From a bacterium (GTDB lineage: Bacteria > Patescibacteriota > Minisyncoccia > Phycocordibacterales > GCA-002787175), in the NCBI GenBank assembly GCA_030699905.1, contig JAUYKQ010000025.1, positions 1-55,206 on the forward strand: 55,206 nucleotides of DNA, read 5' to 3'. Every line of letters starts with the position of its first letter. Position 1 is the first letter of the stretch. Shown here piece after piece: positions 1-7,279 of this stretch. Position numbers and translations under genes: made by a program. The notes under the pieces were generated by a model. It did no database searches. It was given only the letters and a program-made list of their open reading frames with translations, and was not told where the DNA came from.

Positions 1-22
1 TTCACATTCCATGTGATACGTA
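1..22 (-). repeat. edge of a further rRNA hairpin insertion (E0), truncated by the window
   Basis: tcacattccatgtgat is identical to the right edge of E3 (1836-1851) and close to that of E7. Confidence 0.5.
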
Positions 23-140
23 CCGCCGTTATTTGACCTTCTGGCATTGGTCAAGTGTCACCCCCTATACATCCTCTTTCGAGTTCGCAGGGAGCTGTGT
101 TTTTGATAAACAGTCGCCAGGCATACTTTAGCTGCGGCCC

Positions 141-287
141 AGCGCGCAAAGCGCGCAAATCACAAGTTTGTAAAGTAAAAAGTTTATCAAGTTTATCAAG
201 TAAGAACGGAAAATTTTGTTTTTACTTTATAAACTTTACAACTTTATGAACTTTCAACTTGATGAACTGCGTGCTTTGCACGCCAGG
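141..287 (-). repeat. rRNA hairpin insertion E1 (variable helix-63-like position of domain IV)
   Basis: Clamp gcgcgcaaagcgcgc ... gcgtgctttgcacgc encloses AT-rich arms of aagtttat/aagtaa words. Conserved 23S sequence resumes on both sides. Confidence 0.75.
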
Positions 288-820
288 CAGGCCTTATCGC
301 TAACTTACGGCCGCTTTTTTGCCGAGTTCCTTGGAGACCTCTCACTCGTTCGCCTTACTCTACTCGAGCAGATCACCTGTGTCGGTTTGCGGTACGGTTT
401 TCATATAACTGAAGCTTAGAGGATTTTCTCGGAAGGCTCTTCGCGAAGATTTTCCCCCGAAGGAGAATTTCTCCCGAAAACGCGCATGGTATTAAAACCA
501 GCTCTTCGGATTTTCCTGAAAAGCTACGCTCATTTCAAGAGACGACTAATCCAATAAAGCGCCTCCGCTTGTTTCCTTCGTCCCCCCATCGCATTATATG
601 AAAGTCACGGAATATTAACCGTGTGTCCATCGGGTCCGGCATTCGCCATCCCCTTAGGCCCGACTAACCCTTGGCTGACAATCATCGCCAAGGAAACCTT
701 GATCTTTCGGCGTGCGGGTTTCTCACCCGCATTGTGGTTACTTGTGCCAACATTCTTGCTTCCAAACGCTCCACCATGGGTCACCCCTTTGGCTTCATCG
801 CAGATTGGAATATTCTCCTA

Positions 821-950
821 CCGCGCCTCGCGCAAAGCACGCGAACGCCGATTGTCGCCGATAAGACGCCGATGTTCGCGGATGAAATTCATCCGCGTTA
901 ATCCGCGTTTTATCCGCATATTATCCGCGTTCTTGTGCTTTGCACAAGGC
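821..950 (-). repeat. rRNA hairpin insertion E1b (helix-45-like position)
   Basis: Clamp cgcgcaaagcacgcg ... cttgtgctttgcacaag. Arms are built of cgccgat words on the left and atccgcg words on the right. Confidence 0.7.
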
Positions 951-1189
951 ACCCTCAGTTTCGGTACTACGCTTAGCCCCGATTATCTTCGGCGCAAATT
1001 CTCTTAGCGAGTGAGCTGTTACGCTTTCTTTGAATGATGGCTGCTTCTGAGCCTACATCCTCGCTGTCTTTGAAAATTCACCACCTTGAGATGCACTTAG
1101 CGTAGATTTAGGGACCTTAACTTGAGATCCGGGCTGTTTCCCTTTTGACGAACGGAGCTTAGCCCCCGCCGTCTAACTGCCACACTCTA

Positions 1190-1317
1190 CCGCGCAAAGC
1201 GCGGAAGTTACAAGTTCATCAAGTTTGTAAAGTCTGTAAAGTTTGACGGGGAAATTCCCCTTCCGACTTTATGAACTTTATAACTTTATAACTTTATAAA
1301 CTCCGTGCTTTGCACGG
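1190..1317 (-). repeat. rRNA hairpin insertion E2 (domain II)
   Basis: ccgcgcaaagcgcgg ... ccgtgctttgcacgg clamp. Arms are caagttcatcaagtttgtaaag / ctttatgaactttataactttat. Loop is gacggggaaattcccc. Confidence 0.75.
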
Positions 1318-1696
1318 TTCTTCTGGTATTCGGAGTTTGATAGGTCAAGCGAGCTTTCGCCCTGTCTTAACCTTCCAGTGCTCTACCCCCAAAAGGAACG
1401 TGTGACGCTAACCCAAAAGCTATTTCGGAGAAAACCAGCTATTACCAGATTCGATTAGCTTTTCACTCCTTACCACAGGTCATCCGATAGTATTGCACGG
1501 CTAACCGGTTCGGGCCTCCATCCGCCTTTCGGCGAACTTCACCCTGCCCATGGCAAGCTCATCTGGCTTCGGGTCTTTAGTATACGACAAACGCGCTATT
1601 CACACTCGGTTTCCCTACGGCTCCGTGCTTTAGAGGCACTTAGCCACGCCGCATACTAAAACTCGTTGGCTCATTCTTCAATAGGCACGCCGTGAC

Positions 1697-1860
1697 CGTC
1701 GCATCACGCGAAACGCGAAATCAGTTTATAAAGTAAAAAGTTATAAAGTTCATCAAGTAAGAAAAGCGAGCCTCTAAAATCCGGCATCGGTTTTACTTTA
1801 TGAACTTGCAACTTTATGAACTTGATAAACTTAAATCACATTCCATGTGATGCGGCGGCT
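1697..1860 (-). repeat. rRNA hairpin insertion E3 (helix-25-like position)
   Basis: ccgtcgcatcac ... gtgatgcggcgg stem base, internal mini-hairpins gcgaaacgc and cacattccatgtg, and AT-rich word arms. 142/155 nt identical to E7 by manual alignment. Confidence 0.8.
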
Positions 1861-2163
1861 CCGACTCCTTGTAAGCATATGGTTTCAGGTCTATTTCACT
1901 CCCCTCACCGGGGTTCTTTTCACCTTTCCCTCGCGGTACTAGTTCACTATCGGTCTAAAGAAGTATTTAGCCTTACCGGTTAGTTCCGGCAGATTCCCCC
2001 AAGCCATTCGTGTCTTGAGGTACTCAAGAACAAAAACAAAGAAGTTATTTTGCTTTCATGTACGGGGCTATTACCCTCTGGGGCAGTTCTTTCCAGAACT
2101 TTCCATTAACAAAATAATTTGTAACTTCCCTCGTATAAATACAACGTTTTTGTCTTACAACCC

Positions 2164-2308
2164 CTCGCGCGAAGCGCGCTGAACTCGACACGAATCTACG
2201 AATAGAAGATGCGAATGACACGAATAAAATCAAGTTTTGTTAATTTTATTCGTGTCATTCGTTCTTTACATTCGTGTCATCAGTGTCATGTACAGTGTGC
2301 TTCGCACA
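2164..2308 (-). repeat. rRNA hairpin insertion E4 (uses the cgaata/gcgaat word family)
   Basis: cgcgcgaagcgcgc ... gtgtgcttcgcacaa clamp. Arms are acacgaatctacgaatagaagatgcgaatgacacgaataaaat / attttattcgtgtcattcgttctttacattcgtgt. Confidence 0.75.
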
Positions 2309-2352
2309 AGGTTTGGGCTTCTGCGCTTTCGCTCGCCGCTACTGACGCAATG

Positions 2353-2510
2353 GGCGCGCTCCGCACGCAAGTTACAAGTTGAAAGTTTGAAAGTTGAAAG
2401 TCAAAAGTTGAAAGTCAAAGAAGGACGGAGTCCTTTCTTCACTTTACGAACTTTATGGACTTTTTACTTTATAAACTTTTTACTCTATAAACTGCATGCG
2501 AAGCACGCTT
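2353..2510 (-). repeat. rRNA hairpin insertion E5 (domain I)
   Basis: gcgctccgcacgc ... gcatgcgaagcacgc clamp. Arms are made of gaaagtt/caaaagtt words paired to actttat/aacttt words. Loop is ggacggagtcc. Confidence 0.75.
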
Positions 2511-2552
2511 GTTTTCTTTTCCTCCAGGTACTGAAATGTTTTACTTCCCTGG

Positions 2553-2690
2553 GTGCGCTCGCGCGAAGCGCGAGCAAGTCAAAAGTTCATAAAGTTATAA
2601 AGTTTATAAAGTAAAAACAAAATCTGTCGTTCTTACTTGATAAACTTGATAAACTTTTCACTTTATAACTCGTTCGCGCTTCGCGCGTCT
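2553..2690 (-). repeat. rRNA hairpin insertion E6 (helix-9/10-like position)
   Basis: gcgctcgcgcgaagcgcgagc ... gttcgcgcttcgcgcg clamp. Arms are aaagttcataaagttataaagtttataaagt / acttgataaacttgataaacttttcacttt. Confidence 0.75.
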
Positions 2691-2847
2691 CGTGCAAGCA
2701 CGAGGGGTTTCCCCATTCGGACATCTCCGGATCAAAGGTTGCTAGGCACCTCCCCGAAGCTTATCGCAGCCAAGCTACGTCCTTCATCGCCTTCTTTAGC
2801 CAAGGCATCCACCATATGCTCTTAATTTCCTATTAGGAAACTTGTAT

Positions 2848-3012
2848 CCGTCCGCATCACGCGAAACGCGAAATCAGTTTATAAAGTATAAAGTTATAAG
2901 GTTCATAAAGTAAGAAAAGCGATCCTGCAAAATCCGGAATCGGTCTTACTTTATAAACTTGCAACTTTATGAACTTGATGAACTTAATTCACATCCCATG
3001 TGATGCGGACGG
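2848..3012 (-). repeat. E3-like hairpin element E7 lying just upstream (5') of the mature 23S 5' end
   Basis: ccgtccgcatcac ... gtgatgcggacgg perfect stem base. 2854-3008 is 142/155 identical to 1701-1855. Confidence 0.8.
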
Positions 3013-3646
3013 TTCTTAATCCTGTTACATGGAATCTGAAGCTTTCCGCCACAACGCAGAAAACTCGCACCATCACCAATTAACGCTTTCACATCAACAA
3101 ATTTAGTTTTGAGCGTAAAACAAAGTTTTACAGCCAAAAATCATGAATTTGGGTGAAAGGTTGACTGAAGACGGTATCACTCCACATAACTTTCAATATC
3201 GCGCCAACCAAATTGGCGCGAGTTACCTTTTCCGTTTTCGGCACGCAAGACCCCTCGCATTTGCCGCAACGGGATTAATTTGTCAAAGAGGCAAGCTCTC
3301 TCTGTCAATTACGTTATTCTGTATCCGCTTCGCCGCTCTTTTATAAGAACCGCGGAGCCGACACGGAAAGGGTTCATTTTTAATAAAAAACCGCCCTCTT
3401 GTCGTGAGCGGAATTTAAAGCACAACCAAAGGCACGGGTGCTTTATTTTTTCCGCTTTTTAAATCGGGTAGTCACCATAAAATGTAGCTCCAAGTATATA
3501 CCAACCGTATTTATTGTCAATCTCTTGAATAACCCCACCTATTCTTGTGCTCTCGCGGAAAGAAGCGAGAGAATTTTCAATAAATCAATTTTCAAACAAA
3601 GAAACAAGCAAGGCGGGATGAATATTGACCACGAATTTGATGCATT

Positions 3647-3697
3647 GAAAATTTCGGGATTTGATTGAAAATTGAAAATTGCAAAATTGAAAATTTT
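3647..3697. repeat. half copy of the gaaaattg word element
   Basis: gaaaatttcgggatttgattgaaaattgaaaattgcaaaattgaaaatttt closely matches the right arm of the 6121-6231 hairpin. Confidence 0.6.
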
Positions 3698-3756
3698 CTC
3701 TGTCATTCTGATGACGGAGGATTTAAAAATCCCTCCCCCTTCGGGTACCCAAAGAT

Positions 3757-3784
3757 AAAACCCGCGCCTACGGCGCGGGTTTTA
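3757..3784 (-). terminator. intrinsic terminator (bidirectional shape)
   Basis: acccgcgcc-tacg-ggcgcgggt stem flanked by A-run and T-run, 80 nt downstream of the 3864 stop. Confidence 0.7.
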
Positions 3785-3863
3785 TCTTTGTGATTTTGCA
3801 AACTCCAAACCTTGCTACCACACCAAACATTAGCCCAAGTTAAGAGACAAATCCTTTTACTTC

Positions 3864-4556
3864 TTACTTTTCTCTGGTTGCTATTTCCACCCTTATCTTT
3901 TCTATAAGTTTAGAGGCCGCGTCCTTGCCCCCCAGTCCGAAAGCCAACCCAAACCCCAAAGCCAAGGCCACCACAAATCCCGTAAACAGCGTCTGAACAA
4001 AGGGAGTGGCGACACCGAGATGGAAAAGAGCGATAAGTACGGCAAAAATCCAAATGGCCCACCTTGAAGCCACGCCGATAAAATTCGCGGACTTAACACC
4101 TGCCGCTTGTGCTCCTCCTCTTACTACGCGGTCAACAACGTCGGAAATAACGGCGGCGACCAGAAGAATAAGAACGGCCACTATAACCTGCGGTAGATAA
4201 TTAAGCACTACATTACGCAAGAATTCGTTTACTTGCGTCAATCCCAAAACGTCAAAAGAAGCGACCAAGAACACGACAATGATAAACCATTTTACCAAAC
4301 CGCCGATAAATTCTCCCGAATCAAGCTTAAAACCCGCCCTTTCTATCATCAAGTCAACTTTCGCGCTTTTAAGAGCGGCGTCAACTTTAAGAGCCCTGAT
4401 TATCTGTGACACGACTCTGCCCAAAAGTCCTCCCACCGCCCATCCGATAAGGAAAATGATAATGGCGATGATCAAACTCGGCACAAAATCGGCTACACCC
4501 ATCCAAATATCGCGGAATGAATCTCTCAAAACATCACTCCAAGTTTCTAATGTCAT
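3864..4556 (-). CDS. polytopic membrane protein, conserved-TM-helix-repeat / MscS-like N-terminal type
   Basis: 230-aa ORF with ATG start and repeated hydrophobic helices (IIAIIIFLIGWAVGG, VAVLILLVAAVISD, WAIWIFAVLIALF). Confidence 0.6.
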   Translation of the reverse strand: MTLETWSDVLRDSFRDIWMGVADFVPSLIIAIIIFLIGWAVGGLLGRVVSQIIRALKVDAALKSAKVDLMIERAGFKLDSGEFIGGLVKWFIIVVFLVASFDVLGLTQVNEFLRNVVLNYLPQVIVAVLILLVAAVISDVVDRVVRGGAQAAGVKSANFIGVASRWAIWIFAVLIALFHLGVATPFVQTLFTGFVVALALGFGLAFGLGGKDAASKLIEKIRVEIATREK

Positions 4557-4722
4557 AAAAGTTTGTTTATGTTGTTAGCTGATTGTTAATCTAATACGTC
4601 CGGCTTGCGCCCCGACCTATGGACGTTTTTTTTCCTCCTTCAATTATACCAACAGTTGGACATGTTAAAATAATGAGTGTGGAAAACTCGTATCCGAACG
4701 GCGAACTACGAAAATCCATAAC

Positions 4723-4791
4723 ATAATGCGAACCTACGAACTATTCGAATACTACGAACAAGGAGAACGGTTTCCTTAGTATTCGCATTAT
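4723..4791. repeat. about 69-nt hairpin element (tacgaa/gcgaat words); inverted copy at 27598-27666
   Basis: gcgaatacta...tagtattcgc stem. rc differs from 27598-27666 at about 6 positions. Overlaps the stop codon of the 4788 gene. Confidence 0.7.
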
Positions 4792-5420
4792 ATTCTCTTC
4801 TCATTCAGCCCTATTTTATCCAAAAGCGTCTTATGCGGATAGTCCAAAATATCCCTGATTAACTTGTCATACATTCCAAGGCGGTATTTAAAGTCGTCAG
4901 TCGCAAAAACGGCGAAAGAAAGCTCTTTGCCTATCTCCGCCTCAATATCCTTGATAATGTTTTCCAAAACCTTGTCTTTAATGCGGTCTCCAACAACCAA
5001 AATATCCACTCTGCTGTCAAAATCCCGTATAAAAACTCCCGCCACTACGACAAGTTTAATCTTGCCGGCAAAGTTAAGTTTCCTGACAATCTCTTCGTTT
5101 TTTATAAGCACCGTATATATGAGGAGCTGTTGAAACTGCGAAAGATACGGAAACCCTTTTTTCAAAATCCAGCCATCTTCTCTTTTTTTCCTAAGAACTT
5201 TCTTATTTTCCTTTGTCTGTTCAACCGTCCGTGTAAACACTTTACCCGTTATGAGCCCTGACTTTTTGAGAACAAGAAGTTCGCGTCTGACGGCGCTATC
5301 TCCCAACTTGGCCCTTCGCGCGATATCCTTGCTTGAAAAAGCTGTTTTAGGGTTGAACAAAAACAATCGCATGATTTTTACACGCGCTTCGCTCCCGAAC
5401 AGTTTGCTTAAAATCTCCAT
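4788..5420 (-). CDS. winged-helix DNA-binding protein with small nucleotidyltransferase-like C-terminus
   Basis: ORF-track start (5474) is GTG; first ATG is at 5420 (MEILSKLFGSEARVKIMRLF...DIARRAKLGDSAVRRELLVLKKSGLI). C-terminal RVDILVVGD. Confidence 0.6.
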   Translation of the reverse strand: MEILSKLFGSEARVKIMRLFLFNPKTAFSSKDIARRAKLGDSAVRRELLVLKKSGLITGKVFTRTVEQTKENKKVLRKKREDGWILKKGFPYLSQFQQLLIYTVLIKNEEIVRKLNFAGKIKLVVVAGVFIRDFDSRVDILVVGDRIKDKVLENIIKDIEAEIGKELSFAVFATDDFKYRLGMYDKLIRDILDYPHKTLLDKIGLNEKRI

Positions 5421-5544
5421 AATGCTAAAAACCGCGATTTGTTGAAAAATCGAGAAAATATACCACCAATCCACATATTATATCATTTTTTTAAAATTCC
5501 GCCATGCCCGCCCCGTTAGAAACGAGGGTTTAACAGGACTCGCC

Positions 5545-5596
5545 GAAAAAACAGAAAGCGGGTTTGCTTCGCAAACCCGCTTTCTGTTGTTTTTAT
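5545..5596 (-). terminator. intrinsic terminator after rplL (bidirectional shape)
   Basis: acagaaagcgggtttgc-ttcg-gcaaacccgctttctgt 17-bp stem with flanking A/T runs. Confidence 0.8.
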
Positions 5597-5628
5597 ACAA
5601 TCCCCTCCGGTTCCGGTAACGACCCCCT

Positions 5629-6111
5629 TTACTTCAAAGTCACTTTTCCTCCCGCCTCTTCTATTTTTTTCTTCAGTGCCTCCGCCTCTTCTTTTTTCAT
5701 TCCTTTCTTTAGTTCCGAAGGCGCGGCATCCACCAAGTCCTTCGCCTCCTTAAGACCGAGACCGAGAACTTCTTTAACCGCTTTTATAACCGCGATTTTC
5801 TGGGCTCCCGTTTCCGTGAGTTCAACGTCAAAAACACTCTTCTCTTCCTTTGCCTCGCCTCCTCCTGCGGAGGCGGGCCCTACGGCCACAGCCGCGGCTG
5901 ACACGCCGAATTTCTTTTCCAATAGCTTCACCAGCTCGTTTAGTTCCAAAACCGACATGCTTTCAATCTGCTCAACCAGTTTCTTGAATTTTTCCGGAAT
6001 TTCCACGTTCTCTCCCGAATCTTTGGCTTCCGCGACCGCTTCCGCCACGACCGGAGCTTTCTCACCTTCTTTTTTTTCCTCTGTTTGAGGAACTGTTGTT
6101 GTATCTGACAT
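5629..6111 (-). CDS. rplL: ribosomal protein L7/L12 with about 40-aa acidic N-terminal extension
   Basis: ...[25 protein letters not shown]...[24 protein letters not shown]...GGKVTLK. Track start 6123 is TTG; first ATG is at 6111. Confidence 0.9.
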   Translation of the reverse strand: MSDTTTVPQTEEKKEGEKAPVVAEAVAEAKDSGENVEIPEKFKKLVEQIESMSVLELNELVKLLEKKFGVSAAAVAVGPASAGGGEAKEEKSVFDVELTETGAQKIAVIKAVKEVLGLGLKEAKDLVDAAPSELKKGMKKEEAEALKKKIEEAGGKVTLK

Positions 6112-6120
6112 AATGTAATT

Positions 6121-6231
6121 CAATTTTCAATTTTCAATTTTGCAATTTTCATTGAATTTTTCAATATTCAATTTCCAAATTGGAAATTTCGGGATTTGAT
6201 TGAAAATTGATAATTGTAAATTGAAAATTTT
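6121..6231. repeat. about 110-nt hairpin of caattttc/gaaaattg words in the rplJ-rplL spacer
   Basis: Left arm caattttcaattttcaattttgcaattttc, perfect palindrome tttccaaattggaaa at the centre, right arm ttgattgaaaattgataattgtaaattgaaaatttt. Confidence 0.8.
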
Positions 6232-6260
6232 AATCTAAAATCTATTAATATTCTGGCGAT

Positions 6261-6752
6261 TTATGCGGTTTTTTGTTCTGCGACTTTACTAAGAGCTACT
6301 ACCAGCCCCTGTATCGGCGAATTTATGACATTGACAAACATTCCGCGAAGAATTTGAATGGAAGGAATACTGGCTATTTCGGTCATTTCCGCTTTATTCC
6401 TAAACTTCCCTTCAAATATACCGCCGAGAATTGAAATTCTTTCTTCAAACTTTTTCTGGAAAGAATATATCTCGCGCGAGGACGCCACCTCATCAGAGGA
6501 AAAAGCGACCCCGAGCTCCCCTGCAAGTTCCGGAACATCGCCTGAAACTTTGGAGTCGGAAAAAGCGCGTTTGACGAGCGTCTTTTTCGCGACATAGTAT
6601 CCCACACCGACATCACGAAGCTCCTTTCGCATCTTGGTAGCTTCAGAAACATTCAGTCCGTGGAAATTGGCGAAAGTTACGGATTTCGCGTTTTTCAAAA
6701 TATCTCTTAATTTGACTATGACTTCTTCTTTCTTTTGTTTTGTAATAGGCAT
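6261..6752 (-). CDS. rplJ: ribosomal protein L10
   Basis: MPITKQKKEEVIVKLRDILKNAKSVTFANFHGLNVSEATKMRKELR... L10 N-terminal pattern, immediately upstream of rplL. Confidence 0.85.
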   Translation of the reverse strand: MPITKQKKEEVIVKLRDILKNAKSVTFANFHGLNVSEATKMRKELRDVGVGYYVAKKTLVKRAFSDSKVSGDVPELAGELGVAFSSDEVASSREIYSFQKKFEERISILGGIFEGKFRNKAEMTEIASIPSIQILRGMFVNVINSPIQGLVVALSKVAEQKTA

Positions 6753-6760
6753 GAGAGTTA

Positions 6761-6833
6761 TCTCTAATCAATACATAATCAATCACTAATCAATCCCTAA
6801 TTAAGAACCGAATTTTCTCTAATCAGATTTAGA
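6761..6833. repeat. ctaatcaat / cccgaat word element upstream of rplJ
   Basis: tctctaatcaatacataatcaatcactaatcaatccctaatt...ttctctaatcagatttagag. Same words occur at 25967-26013 and 52788-52875. Confidence 0.6.
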
Positions 6834-7158
6834 GCCAGATTCGGGAGCGCATATTCGCATCCAATTCGGGATTATTCGAGTAAACACTTTCGACCTTTTT
6901 AAAGCCAAACTCCGTCCAGAAGGACGGAGCCAAATAGAAATCCGTGCAAAAAAGCACAGAAACCTCGGCAGGATCCTTGCGGATTATTAAAGCTTTCGCT
7001 TCCTGTCCCGAAGCCGACCTTTCGGTCAGCTTCGGGACCCCGACTAACGTCGGGGCTGTCTTTGGCCTTATGAAGGAAACATTACCAAAAACGCGCCCTT
7101 TTGGCAAATTTTGCAATAAGGGCTTTGCGTATTCTGCATTGCCAGCCGATGGGTGGGC

Positions 7159-7242
7159 GTCGCAAGGGAAGTTCCAAAAAAGTGACCGCTCCAAGGGCGC
7201 TTGCCTAGGGCTCAGTCACTTTGTTGGAACTTCCCTTGCGAC
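7159..7242. repeat. MITE-like palindromic element, copy A (diverged outer arms)
   Basis: gtcgcaagggaagttccaaaaaagtgaccgctccaagggcgcttgcctagggctcagtcactttgttggaacttcccttgcgac. Core is shared with 12323, 20038 and 33419. Confidence 0.75.
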
Positions 7243-7279
7243 GCAGAGTCAAAACAGGAGCTCTGTAATTTGAGATATT

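Larger units (their letters stand above)
1..2840 (-). rRNA. rrl: 23S rRNA gene, 5' two thirds (continues past window start); conserved core interrupted by hairpin insertions
   Basis: rc of 2745-2830 reads AAGAGCAUAUGGUGGAUGCCUUGGCUAAAGAAGGCGAUGAAGGACGU (23S 5' end). rc of 1900-1990 reads GACCGAUAGUGAACUAGUACCGCGAGGGAAAGGUGAAAAGAACCCCGG. rc of 90-135 reads GACUGUUUAUCAAAAACACAGC. Confidence 0.92.

Noticed and set aside
55-2825. Several track ORFs of 60-128 aa inside the first 3 kb (for example 621-1007 and 2237-2614)
   Set aside because: They lie within the 23S rRNA gene or its hairpin inserts. Their peptides are low complexity or repeat-derived, so they are treated as non-coding.
5564-6088. 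Long antisense ORFs opposite strong genes (5564-6088 opposite rplL, 9456-10001 opposite the giant protein, 23843-24400 opposite recA, 41960-42616 opposite ileS)
   Set aside because: These are shadow ORFs with S/P/A-rich low-complexity peptides. The opposite strand carries unambiguous conserved proteins.
6829-7194. 121-aa ORF upstream of rplJ
   Set aside because: Its start and first about 15 codons lie inside MITE-like copy A, it has no internal alternative start, and it has no recognisable motif. The region is better explained as a structured leader.
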